DNA of 64,000 bases, taken from assembly GCA_021413905.1 (NCBI GenBank), contig JAIOPO010000001.1, forward strand, positions 137,159 to 201,158. Reading direction: 5' to 3'. This DNA is from Candidatus Nomurabacteria bacterium. Its GTDB lineage: Bacteria > Patescibacteriota > Minisyncoccia > Phycocordibacterales > UBA9973. Position numbers and translations under genes: made by a program. Under the pieces are notes generated by a model. The model did no database searches and had not been told where the DNA came from. It was given only the letters and a program-made list of their open reading frames with translations. This document shows positions 37,154-46,794 of this stretch, piece after piece (position 1 is the first letter of the stretch; each line of letters opens with the position of its first letter).

Positions 37154-38405
37154 TTTCTGTTTATTTGTTCTTTTGTTGGTTTTTCCAATGCTTTTTATCT
37201 ATGCACAAAGTGTTGAAGATTTAAATTCTAAAATTAATCAGAGAAATATAGATATAGCTAATCTTGAAAAAGAAATAGCGTTATATCAAAATCAATTAGA
37301 TGACCTGGGTAAACAAAAAAACTCTTTAAACAGCACATTGCAAGAGCTGGATTTAAATAAAAAGAAATTATCAGCTGATATATCAATAACTCAAAAAAAA
37401 ATCGATAATACTAACTATAAAATAAAAGAACTAACCTCACAGATTGGTGATAAGGAAAGTATAATCTCAATAGACACAGAATCTATTTTATTGAATTTAC
37501 GAAAGACAAATGAATTAGAAATGAATTCTATTTTAGAAACAATACTTTCAAAAAATGATTTTACTTCAATTTGGAATGATATAGATAATATGCTTTTTGT
37601 TCATAAAAAAATAAAAGAAAATATAGCAGAGCTGAAAACAATCAAAGGTCAATTGGAAGACAATAGAAAAGAAACTTTAAATGCTAAGAATGAACTTTTA
37701 TCTTTAAAAAATAAACTTGCAGATCAGAAAAAAATCATAGAACAAAATACAATAGAAAAAAAGAAAATTTTAGCACAAACAAAAAATAGTGAGTCTAACT
37801 ATCAAACTTTATTGAAAGACAGGGTTGCAAAAAAAGATGCTTTTGAAAAAGATTTACGTGATTATGAATCACAATTAAAATATATTTTAGATCCATCAAA
37901 ATTACCAAATGGTGGTGTATTGTCTTGGCCATTAGACAATGTTTATATTACTCAGCTATTTGGTAAAACAGAAGCAGGGAAGCGTTTATATGCCACAGGA
38001 TCTCATAATGGAGTTGATTTTAGAGCTTCTGTAGGTACTCCAATAAAAGCTATGTCAGATGGTATTGTAGCAGGTTTTGGAGATACGGATATTCAATGTG
38101 CTGGTGTATCTTTTGGAAAATTTATTTTAATAAAATACGATAATGGTTTGGCTAGTACATATGGACATTTATCTTTAATAAAAGTTTCAAATGGTCAAAG
38201 AGTAAATCGTGGTGAAATAGTCGGCTACAGTGGTAATACTGGTTATTCTACTGGCCCACATTTACACGTTTCTATTTATGCAAGAGATGCTGTTGATTTA
38301 AAAACATTGCCTAGTAAATCTTGTCCTGGTAAAGTTTTAACTCAACCAATTTCTGCGTTAAATGCTTATCTAGATCCAATGTATTATTTACCAAAATATA
38401 AATAA
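37119..38405 (+). CDS. M23 family metalloendopeptidase with N-terminal coiled coil (EnvC/murein hydrolase activator-like)
   Basis: 428 aa. Signal/TM segment, long coiled coil, C-terminal HNGVDF...GPHLH LytM motifs. Confidence 0.85.
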   Translation: MKLYHDYKKQFNFCLFVLLLVFPMLFIYAQSVEDLNSKINQRNIDIANLEKEIALYQNQLDDLGKQKNSLNSTLQELDLNKKKLSADISITQKKIDNTNYKIKELTSQIGDKESIISIDTESILLNLRKTNELEMNSILETILSKNDFTSIWNDIDNMLFVHKKIKENIAELKTIKGQLEDNRKETLNAKNELLSLKNKLADQKKIIEQNTIEKKKILAQTKNSESNYQTLLKDRVAKKDAFEKDLRDYESQLKYILDPSKLPNGGVLSWPLDNVYITQLFGKTEAGKRLYATGSHNGVDFRASVGTPIKAMSDGIVAGFGDTDIQCAGVSFGKFILIKYDNGLASTYGHLSLIKVSNGQRVNRGEIVGYSGNTGYSTGPHLHVSIYARDAVDLKTLPSKSCPGKVLTQPISALNAYLDPMYYLPKYK

Positions 38406-38453
38406 TACACATTTTTATTTGCTTTATTATATGTAATTGATAAAATTATATAT

Positions 38454-38597
38454 ATGAATAATTTTAATAACAAACAAGGAGGATTTTTGCAATTAATTGT
38501 TTTTATTGTGGTTATAGTTTTAATCATGTGGTATTTTCATTTAACTGTTCATGGTATTATTGCTTGGTTTGTAACAATGATTCAAAATGTTTGGTAA
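38454..38597 (+). CDS. Possible small membrane protein (47 aa), below ORF-track cutoff
   Basis: ATG at 38454. Translates MNNFNNKQGGFLQLIVFIVVIVLIMWYFHLTVHGIIAWFVTMIQNVW. Its stop overlaps the next ORF start. Confidence 0.25.
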   Translation: MNNFNNKQGGFLQLIVFIVVIVLIMWYFHLTVHGIIAWFVTMIQNVW

Positions 38598-38967
38598 AAA
38601 TAAAAAATTAAAAAGGGGAGCATTAAGTGTTTTAACTTTAATAGGTCTAGGTATTATTTTATTCGTTGCTCTAAGCTATTTTAATGTTAATATCCAGTCT
38701 GTCATAAATGGAGATCAAGGTTCGGATAAAATAAACGCAGTTAAAGACATAGTACAAAGCACCCAAACTCATAAAAATGTAAATTATGTATCTGATCAAG
38801 CTCAAGGTATCTGGGCCGCTTACTTAAAAGTTCCATTTTCAAATTTATATAATAATTATTTTATTCCTTACATATGGAATCCTTTTATAGACAATATGAA
38901 AAGGATTCAAGTTGGGCAACCGACAGACTTTCAAAATTTATCTCCTCGTGCATTTTTTCCAAATTAA
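38587..38967 (+). CDS. Hypothetical membrane protein (126 aa)
   Basis: N-terminal TM helix and aromatic-rich C-terminus. No motif. Confidence 0.4.
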   Translation: MFGKNKKLKRGALSVLTLIGLGIILFVALSYFNVNIQSVINGDQGSDKINAVKDIVQSTQTHKNVNYVSDQAQGIWAAYLKVPFSNLYNNYFIPYIWNPFIDNMKRIQVGQPTDFQNLSPRAFFPN

Positions 38968-39066
38968 ATATTATATATATAATATATTTTAAATATATAA
39001 GCTTACCGCAAAGATATATTGTGCGACATAGTATTATTTTATCCCCTTTAGAAATAAAGGCTTAAA

Positions 39067-39462
39067 TCAACACGAACTAGATAATGTATATCCTGCACTC
39101 TCCGCTTGCAGGCTTGTTTCAAAATAAATTTTATTTTCTTCTTTTAAACTTTTACCTGCAGAACATCCCGCACTGTAGTATTTATGTCCTTTTTTAGATG
39201 CAAAATAATTGCCTGAATTTTGGCTTGTATTTGATGTTGTTTTAGGTGCTATGTATGCCCTATTTTGACTTTCTAAGCCGTTTTCTAGAGTATCAAGGTC
39301 ATTTACTTGTTGATCTGTATATTCGACTTTCAGACCTCCATTTGGAGTATTTTTAGATAATCTACCTAATCCAAATGATGCTAAACCTACTAAAATAACT
39401 ATAATTACAGTTAAAATGTCTTTTCCATTATCACTTTCAATAAAATACTTGATTTTTTCCAT
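39067..39462 (-). CDS. Membrane-anchored protein with C-terminal Ada-like metal-binding domain
   Basis: 131 aa. N-terminal TM helix. C-terminal GNYFASKKGHKYYSAGCSAGKSLKEENKIYFETSLQAESAGYTLSSSC resembles the Ada Zn-binding-type module (Y..SK.S.KYH...C......N...F.S...A...GY). Confidence 0.5.
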   Translation of the reverse strand: MEKIKYFIESDNGKDILTVIIVILVGLASFGLGRLSKNTPNGGLKVEYTDQQVNDLDTLENGLESQNRAYIAPKTTSNTSQNSGNYFASKKGHKYYSAGCSAGKSLKEENKIYFETSLQAESAGYTLSSSC

Positions 39463-39530
39463 ATAATTGTTTATACTAATAAAACATCTAATTTATAGAT
39501 AAATTTTAACATTAAATATAATAAAAATAT

Positions 39531-39803
39531 ATGGCACATAGAAAAGCCGGCGGAACCGCCAAAAACCTGCGAGATTCAAATCCAAAGTACCTAGGTACTA
39601 AGCTTTACGATGGTCAAAAAGCTCAAGCTGGTTCTATTATCATCCGTCAACGTGGCACTGTCATTATGGCTGGTACAAATGTATCAACTGGTAAAGATCA
39701 TACCCTATTCGCTTTAAAGCCAGGAACAGTAAAATTTGGCAAAACAAGAAAAACATCCTTTAATGGAAAAACTTCTGTAAAGAAAACTGTGAGTGTTATA
39801 TAA
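39531..39803 (+). CDS. rpmA: 50S ribosomal protein L27
   Basis: 90 aa. [29 protein letters not shown] is the typical L27 N-terminus. Confidence 0.95.
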   Translation: MAHRKAGGTAKNLRDSNPKYLGTKLYDGQKAQAGSIIIRQRGTVIMAGTNVSTGKDHTLFALKPGTVKFGKTRKTSFNGKTSVKKTVSVI

Positions 39804-39820
39804 AAATAAAACTTTAAAAT

Positions 39821-39858
39821 AAAAATCCCTCAAGATATTAAATTGAGGGATTTTTATT
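39821..39858. terminator. Perfect palindromic bidirectional terminator between rpmA and rplI
   Basis: aaatccctcaa-gatattaaa-ttgagggattt (11-bp perfect stem) with flanking A-run and T-run. Confidence 0.65.
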
Positions 39859-40302
39859 TTATACTTTTTGTACTACAAGTTTAAAAGAAGATTTTTTACC
39901 TTTGATTTGAATTGGGATTTCATATTCCCCTACTTCTTTAATAGGTTTTTCTAAGACTATAAATTCTTCATTTATTTCCGCACGATGTTCGGACTTTAGA
40001 GCGTCTATGATATCTTTCTTGTGAATTGAGGAAAACAAACTTCCCTTTTCATTTGCTTTACCTTTGATGTTTATTATTTTATTTTTTATTTCTTCTAGAT
40101 TTTTTAACAATAAATCTTCTTGGATTTTATTTGTCATTACAATTTCCTTTTTTCGTTGTTCTAGATTTGCTACAGCTTTCGGTGTGGCCATTTCTGCTAA
40201 TTTATTTGGGAAAAGAAAATTCGCAGCATAACCGTCGTTTACTTCTTTTACATCATGTCTTTTGCCAACTCTCGGCACATCTTTTAAAAAAATTACTTTC
40301 AT
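39859..40302 (-). CDS. rplI: 50S ribosomal protein L9
   Basis: 147 aa. MKVIFLKDVPRVGKRHDVKEVNDGYAANFLFP is the conserved L9 N-domain. Confidence 0.9.
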   Translation of the reverse strand: MKVIFLKDVPRVGKRHDVKEVNDGYAANFLFPNKLAEMATPKAVANLEQRKKEIVMTNKIQEDLLLKNLEEIKNKIINIKGKANEKGSLFSSIHKKDIIDALKSEHRAEINEEFIVLEKPIKEVGEYEIPIQIKGKKSSFKLVVQKV

Positions 40303-40314
40303 AAAAATTAAGTT

Positions 40315-41538
40315 CTAGGGATTAGGTTCTAGTAATAACTCGACTGCTTTATCCATTTGTGGATCTCGTTTTACATCAGCATCTTTTTGTGTAAAATCAA
40401 CTTTATAATCCGGTGTTAATCCTTTTTTAGAAATTGAAGTTCCGTTTGGTGTAAGCCATTTGGCAATAGTTATTTTCAATAATGTATCCGGAGTAACATT
40501 TATAACTTCTTGTACGGAACCCTTACCATAACTTTGTTCACCGACTAATTTTGCAATTTTATTATCTTGCATTGCACCAGCCAATATTTCAGAAGCAGAA
40601 GCTGATCCACCATCAATCAAAATCACAAATTTTAATTTATCGTTAAATATATCATATCCTTTGCTTCGATGAACTTTTTGTTTTGATTTATCACCAAAAT
40701 CTTCCACGACGACAGTCTTTCCTGATGGTAAAAACCAACTGGACATATCTATTGCGGAGTCTAGATATCCTCCAGGATTACCTCTCAAATCCAATACCAA
40801 TTTATCTGTTTTAGCATCAACAAATTTTTGTATTGCTTCTTGAAAAAGTTGCGCTGAGTTTGCGGAAAAACTATAAAGTTTTATTACAAAAATACCATCT
40901 GATCTTAACTCTGTATCCAATGTAGGTGTATCAATAGTGTCACGAATAATTTTAACTTCACGTGCTTTTTTCTCTCCTTCTCGAAAAATAGTTAAAGAAA
41001 CGATAGTCCCTTTTTCACCTCTTATTAATTTTATGGCTTTTTCAATTGTCAGATCTGAAGTATTTTTAGAATCAATTTTTAATATTTTATCACCTGGTTT
41101 TAATCCAGCATTATACCCGGGAGTATTTTTAAGTGGAGCAATTACGGTTAATATTTTATCTTTGATTCCAACTTCAACACCAATACCACTGAAACTACCC
41201 GCAATGTCGTCTTCAAACATCTTTGCTTCATCTGGTTTAAAAAATACACTGTATGGATCATTTAAAGAACCTACGAGCCCTGAAATAGCCCCGTAGACCT
41301 TTTCTTGATCTGTTAATTTACTCGCATCTGGTGATTTTTCATTTATTTTATTCCAAACTGTCCAAAATGGTGCAAAATCTACCTGAGTAGTTAAATCTGT
41401 AGGAATTTCTTTATTTTTTAATGATATTTGATCAATAGCAGGACGATTGTTGAATCCTATATATATTCCAAAAGCAAAAAAAACCGCTATTAGTAAAATA
41501 GTAACTTGTGTTCGCATTGTTTTTAAATATTCAAACAT
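40315..41538 (-). CDS. C-terminal processing protease (S41, CtpA/Prc-like) with PDZ domain
   Basis: 407 aa. N-terminal TM helix, PDZ region, DLRGNPGGYLDSA and GSASASEILAGA catalytic motifs. Confidence 0.88.
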   Translation of the reverse strand: MFEYLKTMRTQVTILLIAVFFAFGIYIGFNNRPAIDQISLKNKEIPTDLTTQVDFAPFWTVWNKINEKSPDASKLTDQEKVYGAISGLVGSLNDPYSVFFKPDEAKMFEDDIAGSFSGIGVEVGIKDKILTVIAPLKNTPGYNAGLKPGDKILKIDSKNTSDLTIEKAIKLIRGEKGTIVSLTIFREGEKKAREVKIIRDTIDTPTLDTELRSDGIFVIKLYSFSANSAQLFQEAIQKFVDAKTDKLVLDLRGNPGGYLDSAIDMSSWFLPSGKTVVVEDFGDKSKQKVHRSKGYDIFNDKLKFVILIDGGSASASEILAGAMQDNKIAKLVGEQSYGKGSVQEVINVTPDTLLKITIAKWLTPNGTSISKKGLTPDYKVDFTQKDADVKRDPQMDKAVELLLEPNP

Positions 41539-41562
41539 ATTGAAACAATTATAACAGATTTT

Positions 41563-42810
41563 TTATTCTGACAAAAGAGCACTTTCTGTATATGTATTTG
41601 CAGGGTCCCAAAGCATCCATGAGGTTAATCCAGCGTCATATACTGCTTTTATTTGAGCCTGAACCATTTCTTTGGTATATATTGCTCCTAAGTCAAAATC
41701 TTGCAACCACGGGCGAAGTTTTAATGGATCAAGTCCAGCATTTACCAATCTTTCATTTGCTTTTTTCATTGAAAAATTAACTATTTCATAAGGCTTTGTG
41801 GCCGGATTTTTGTAACCATAAGTTCCCGGAGCAAAATGAGAAGGATAAACCATCGGTGCAATATAATCAAAATTAGTAGCAAGTGGAATTAAAAGTTGAC
41901 CGATACCTAAATCATTTGTTTCAGTTGTTGTAAGTCCAAAAATATCTGCAGATATTTTTGGACGAAGAGTTTTTTCATTTTGTAAACCAAAATAATGATT
42001 ATGTAAAAAAGTATAAAAATTACTCATGACATCAGCACGTATTTTTCCTTCTGAAACAGGAAAATATATATCTTTTAAATCACCATCTGCTGGATAACGA
42101 ATATAATCGAAATTTAATTCATCAAAACCATCACTATATGCTTCATCCCCAACACTTGCCACATAGTCCCAGACTTTCTGAGAACCTGCATCCATCCAAT
42201 AAGTACAAGTTTTTTCCGAATTCCTGCGAATAGCTCTTTTGCATTTATCATCTGCCCATAATATGTTCTTATTTGAACTTTTTTTAACAGCATATTCAGG
42301 CCATTTTTTTGCTAAATATGGATCTTGAAAAGTTGCAATACGTCCTATTACATAAATATTATTTTCATGCAACAGAGCGACAAATTCCCTTATATCACGA
42401 ATTCTTTTTTCAGCAGAACCTACTTCTATTAATTTTGGATCATTTACTGAAAAAGAAATACGTCCAGTTGAGTCTTTTACATCTATTACAATTGAATTCA
42501 ATTCTGTCGTTTTTATTATATTTAATATTTTTGTTCTTAATGGTAAGTTGCCCGCCACCCAACCAGAAATGTATATAGCTTTTACGGTAGTAGGAGTATC
42601 TATATGAGTCACAATATTTTGAATTGGTTCAATTTCTTCTGATCCTTTTATTTTTTCACTGTCTACATTTTCTTTATCTAATAATTTATTTATTTTTGAA
42701 TCATATTTCAAATTATAAATTTGAGGTAAAACAAAATAAAATATTAGAAAAAACAAAAGACCTAAAAATAAAATAGTTAATAATTTATTTTTCTGTAAAT
42801 ATTTTTTCAT
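41563..42810 (-). CDS. Membrane-anchored putative TIM-barrel glycoside-hydrolase-like protein (DUF4015-like)
   Basis: 415 aa. N-terminal TM helix. LNSIVIDVKDSTG, FDELNFDYIRYP and MLWDPAN segments resemble the DUF4015/GHL-type hydrolase family. Assigned from memory, not by search. Confidence 0.5.
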   Translation of the reverse strand: MKKYLQKNKLLTILFLGLLFFLIFYFVLPQIYNLKYDSKINKLLDKENVDSEKIKGSEEIEPIQNIVTHIDTPTTVKAIYISGWVAGNLPLRTKILNIIKTTELNSIVIDVKDSTGRISFSVNDPKLIEVGSAEKRIRDIREFVALLHENNIYVIGRIATFQDPYLAKKWPEYAVKKSSNKNILWADDKCKRAIRRNSEKTCTYWMDAGSQKVWDYVASVGDEAYSDGFDELNFDYIRYPADGDLKDIYFPVSEGKIRADVMSNFYTFLHNHYFGLQNEKTLRPKISADIFGLTTTETNDLGIGQLLIPLATNFDYIAPMVYPSHFAPGTYGYKNPATKPYEIVNFSMKKANERLVNAGLDPLKLRPWLQDFDLGAIYTKEMVQAQIKAVYDAGLTSWMLWDPANTYTESALLSE

Positions 42811-43064
42811 TAATTATTATTCTCTGAAAAATTATCGAAAATTTTTATATCATTTTTTTTATTTAAAATTTTATATTCTTTATACATTTGATATGCAAAA
42901 AATATTACAATTAAACCTGTAAATAAAAATAATATATTTTTCCAAAAAATAGGAAACCCTAAATATGGTAAGACGATAGTCCATATTCCAATTGCTAAAA
43001 ATATTCTTGCTTTTTTCATTATTTTATTATAACTTTTTTTATTTAATAAATGCAAATTTGACAT
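42810..43064 (-). CDS. Small hypothetical membrane protein (84 aa)
   Basis: Two hydrophobic helices. Shares start/stop overlap with the downstream gene. Confidence 0.3.
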   Translation of the reverse strand: MSNLHLLNKKSYNKIMKKARIFLAIGIWTIVLPYLGFPIFWKNILFLFTGLIVIFFAYQMYKEYKILNKKNDIKIFDNFSENNN

Positions 43065-43143
43065 TATTGATTGTAATGATTAATGTTATAAATAGACAGT
43101 TGTCGTTCTTTGTTATTTATCATTTCACCTCTTTTTAAAAAAA

Positions 43144-43926
43144 ATGAAAAAGAAAACTCATTTTATTTTGAGAGGTACAGCGTTACTTCTCAAGATTTTG
43201 CCCGATTTTACTTCTCGGTACCTACTGCATTTACTAATTTTTTTCTACTCTCAATATCTTTTTAAAATCAAAAACAAGATAGAGGTTATAGGGAAAGAAA
43301 ATTTAAAATTAGTAAAAGAAAACAAGGGAATTTTATTTGTATCCAATCATGAAACTTTTTTAGATTCTTTTTTGATTGAATGGGCGAAAATTTCTTTGTG
43401 GGATATTTTTTTTAATCAAGATAAAATTTCTTACCATGCTCCTGATTTTAGAAATTTCTACAATTCAGGGCCAGGTCAAAAAATAATGTCTTTGTTGAAA
43501 AATATTCCGATAGACAGACAGTCTAAAGACCCAGAAGTCATCAAAGAAATACTAAATCAGTATTGCAATATTTTGTCCCGCAACAATCTTCATATTTTTT
43601 TTGAAGGTACAAGAACGAGACAAGATAAAGAAAAAAGTCGTATTGATTCAATCGGTGAATGTAAATTAGGTGTAGTTAAAATGATTTTAACAGCTAAACC
43701 TAAATATATTGTACCCATATTTTTGTACGATATTCACCCAATAATGCCGATAGAAGTGGGTCATCATTATGAGAAAATCCGAAGTGGTAATAAAGGTAAA
43801 TTATTTATCGGAAAACCTTTAGATTTTTCTTGTGTTTATGCCAGTGAACTTACTTCAAAAAAAGAAATAAATGCTCTGGTAAAAAAACTGATTCGTGAAT
43901 CAGTAATAAAACTTGCACCACAATGA
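43144..43926 (+). CDS. plsC: 1-acyl-sn-glycerol-3-phosphate acyltransferase-like (PlsC family)
   Basis: 260 aa. VSNHETFLD (HX4D) and FFEGTRTR (FPEGTR) acyltransferase motifs. Confidence 0.78.
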   Translation: MKKKTHFILRGTALLLKILPDFTSRYLLHLLIFFYSQYLFKIKNKIEVIGKENLKLVKENKGILFVSNHETFLDSFLIEWAKISLWDIFFNQDKISYHAPDFRNFYNSGPGQKIMSLLKNIPIDRQSKDPEVIKEILNQYCNILSRNNLHIFFEGTRTRQDKEKSRIDSIGECKLGVVKMILTAKPKYIVPIFLYDIHPIMPIEVGHHYEKIRSGNKGKLFIGKPLDFSCVYASELTSKKEINALVKKLIRESVIKLAPQ

Positions 43927-43958
43927 CGTGTCTCTCAACAAGAGCACGTCATTTTTTA
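43925..43958. terminator. Bidirectional hairpin terminator between plsC and PBP2 gene
   Basis: gacgtg(t)ctc-tcaacaa-gagcacgtc (9 bp with 1-nt bulge) then tttttt. Overlaps both stop codons. Confidence 0.6.
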
Positions 43959-45650
43959 TTTAAAATATTCTGGTGTGTTAACAGACATCCAATCTAAAAG
44001 CTGTCTCATTATATATGCGCCACCAACTCCATTTGTAGAAGGCCCTGCTTCCATCAAAACAACAAAAGCGTACTTAGGTTTATCATAAGGGAAAAAACCC
44101 ATAACCCAAGAATTTACCTTGTCTTTAGCTATACCGAGTTGCGCTGTACCTGTTTTTGAAGCAACTTTTACGTAAGGTACATTTAAAGCGACAGAAGTAC
44201 CAGAAGTTACACCTCTACGCATTCCTTCTTGTACAACATCAAAATAATTTTGATTTAAGTCTATTTTAGTTATTTGTTTTTCTTTTTCTGTATCATTCAT
44301 TAAAATATGTGGGGTAAGCAAAGTACCTCTATTTGCTATTACAGCATCAGCTCTTACCATTTGTAATGGAGTGACCTGAAAACCATATTGACCTATGGCC
44401 GTATGATAAGTATCTCCTATTCTCCATGGATCATTTTTAAATTTTTTTAATTTCCATTCTGGACTAGGAATAGTACCCCCGACTTCATCAGGTAAATCAA
44501 TTCCTGTCTTTTTTCCAATTCCAAAAAGTTCAGAATATTTTTCAATATTTGCAATACCTAAACCTTTTTGCCCTTGAAAACCACCACCTATTTCATAAAA
44601 ATAAACATCAGAAGATACAGCAATAGCTTGACGCATATCTACCCAACCATGAGCTTTCCAGTCTTTAAAAACTGTTTTTTGATCTGGAAAATATGGATTC
44701 GGTATTGATATTGAACCTGTTGATAATATTTGAGTTAAAGGATCGATAATTTTTTCATTCAAAGCTCCTAAAGCAAAAAAAGGTTTAACAATAGAACCAG
44801 GCACATAGAGACCTGAAATATTTTTATCCATAAACAAATTTCTTTTATCTGTAAAATAATTTTTTATTTTTTCTTTATCTTTTCCTTCGGATAAAATTTC
44901 AGAATTATATTCAGGAAAACTTGTAGAAGTTATAATTTCACCATTAGTCACATCCATTATGATACCAGCTCCTCCTTTAAATGAATTACTTTCAGACAAC
45001 TTTTGAATTAAATTAAATAATTCACTTTGAATTCTTGAATCAATACTGGTGACCAGGTCTGTTCCGCGTTTTGGAGCATTTGTTATATTTTCAGAATGTA
45101 TCTCATTGCGAGCATCTTTTTCTACTATTTTTAAACCATTCTCTCCTTTTAATAAATTATTATATTGTTTCTCTATGCCATCTTTACCTATAAATTGACC
45201 TTGCCAATAGTTCCCCGTCTTATCTTTTGCTGGATAACTTATATATCCTAATAAATGTGAAAAACCAGGATTCATATACTCTCTTTTAGAGAAATCTGAT
45301 CCTTCTTCTTTTTTATTCCAAACAATCTCTTTTTTATTTCTGTCATAGATTATTCCCCTGTCAGCAAAAATAATATCTTTATTTAAAGTATTATTTTCAC
45401 TTCTTGTAAAAAATGCTTCCCCTTTTTTTATTTGTAAATAAATCAATCTTGTCGTCAGTATTCCAAATATTACAAAAAAACAAATACCCAAAACATTTAC
45501 AGTTTTCTTTGTTATCGGTCTTTCTATCCGACCTTCAAATTGTTGATTATCAAAATTTTGTAAATTTTGTGAATCTAAAAAAATTTCATCGGGTTCAACG
45601 AAAAAATTTTTATTTCTTATTTTATTTTTTCTAAAAAATCTACGAATCAT
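43956..45650 (-). CDS. Penicillin-binding protein 2 (class B transpeptidase, MrdA/FtsI-like)
   Basis: 564 aa. N-terminal TM helix. SIVK (SxxK), SSD (SxN-like) and KTGTAQ motifs. Confidence 0.88.
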   Translation of the reverse strand: MIRRFFRKNKIRNKNFFVEPDEIFLDSQNLQNFDNQQFEGRIERPITKKTVNVLGICFFVIFGILTTRLIYLQIKKGEAFFTRSENNTLNKDIIFADRGIIYDRNKKEIVWNKKEEGSDFSKREYMNPGFSHLLGYISYPAKDKTGNYWQGQFIGKDGIEKQYNNLLKGENGLKIVEKDARNEIHSENITNAPKRGTDLVTSIDSRIQSELFNLIQKLSESNSFKGGAGIIMDVTNGEIITSTSFPEYNSEILSEGKDKEKIKNYFTDKRNLFMDKNISGLYVPGSIVKPFFALGALNEKIIDPLTQILSTGSISIPNPYFPDQKTVFKDWKAHGWVDMRQAIAVSSDVYFYEIGGGFQGQKGLGIANIEKYSELFGIGKKTGIDLPDEVGGTIPSPEWKLKKFKNDPWRIGDTYHTAIGQYGFQVTPLQMVRADAVIANRGTLLTPHILMNDTEKEKQITKIDLNQNYFDVVQEGMRRGVTSGTSVALNVPYVKVASKTGTAQLGIAKDKVNSWVMGFFPYDKPKYAFVVLMEAGPSTNGVGGAYIMRQLLDWMSVNTPEYFK

Positions 45651-45919
45651 TTTAATTTAGGATAAAATTTTAATTTTCTTTTTAAAATTTCCAATAATAT
45701 AAATACACAAGAAAAAATACATGAAGAGAAAAATATGAAATTAGGAAAAATAGTATCTTTTATTCCAAAAAATAAATCTGAAATAAACATCAATATGATT
45801 ACTTCTACGAATAGATTGAAATAAAACATAAAAAACAAAGCCAAAATACAAGAAAACCAAAAAGGCATGAAAAACACAGAAAAGAATAAAATTAAATTGG
45901 CCAAAACACGTAATACCAT
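45647..45919 (-). CDS. Small polytopic membrane protein (90 aa), possible MreD-like
   Basis: Three hydrophobic helices. The position immediately upstream of PBP2 matches mreD synteny, but the protein is shorter than typical MreD. Confidence 0.3.
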   Translation of the reverse strand: MVLRVLANLILFFSVFFMPFWFSCILALFFMFYFNLFVEVIILMFISDLFFGIKDTIFPNFIFFSSCIFSCVFILLEILKRKLKFYPKLK

Positions 45920-45954
45920 ACTTTTATATTACACTCTTCTGTAAAAAATACAAA

Positions 45955-46794
45955 TTAAAATATTTTACGCCAAACAAAACGCAATATATAAAATATCACG
46001 AGAATAGACAGACCATAAAATGCAAGTTTATTTTTAAATAAAATACTGATTAAAGTATAAAAGAAAACTTGAACTTGCTTAAAAGGTTTTTGTATTTTGT
46101 CTTTGTTTTCTGAATTTTTAGTATTGTCTAATTTTTTAATTTCTTTTTGAATTTCTGTTTTTTTATTCTCAGATAAAATACTTGTATTTTTCCTCAAATT
46201 TTCTAAAACACCGGAAACATTAATGATATTCGTTTTTATCGATTCAGGGGTTTTGTCTTCTATAAAATTAACCGCATTATCTACGGTATCAGAAATTATA
46301 TTTTTAGGTGTATCTTGTATTTGATTTCCATTTTCTGTTTTTAATACTATTTTTTTTGAAACAGAACGTAAACTTTTTTCTGTTTCATTTTCTGTGATAT
46401 AAAAATCTTGATATTTACCTTTTGAAATTAAAAATTTTGCATTTTCTATTCGGGCGAATATCGTATGATCCCCTGCATTTACAATCCAATCTATCGATAA
46501 ATCTTTAACACTTTTTGAAGAAACATAAAAAGTCTTTTTTCCTAAAAGTGTTTCTTTATCATAAAAAGAAACATCTCCGGTCATATCTTTTGTGTCCGGA
46601 TTAAAAATCAAAGTATATATTTTTATTTTATCTCCTTCTTCAAAAGGATCTTTTGAATACCAAATATTTGCTGGAATAAAACCCGCATTAGTATTTTGTG
46701 CATATGCAAAATACACAGAATTAAAGAAACTTATAAAAAATATTATTATAAATAAAAATTTCTTCATATTTTTATGACAACAAAACTCCTCCAT
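45955..46794 (-). CDS. Hypothetical secreted/membrane protein (279 aa)
   Basis: N-terminal signal/TM segment and C-terminal TM helix. No MreC motifs recognised despite its position. Confidence 0.45.
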   Translation of the reverse strand: MEEFCCHKNMKKFLFIIIFFISFFNSVYFAYAQNTNAGFIPANIWYSKDPFEEGDKIKIYTLIFNPDTKDMTGDVSFYDKETLLGKKTFYVSSKSVKDLSIDWIVNAGDHTIFARIENAKFLISKGKYQDFYITENETEKSLRSVSKKIVLKTENGNQIQDTPKNIISDTVDNAVNFIEDKTPESIKTNIINVSGVLENLRKNTSILSENKKTEIQKEIKKLDNTKNSENKDKIQKPFKQVQVFFYTLISILFKNKLAFYGLSILVIFYILRFVWRKIF

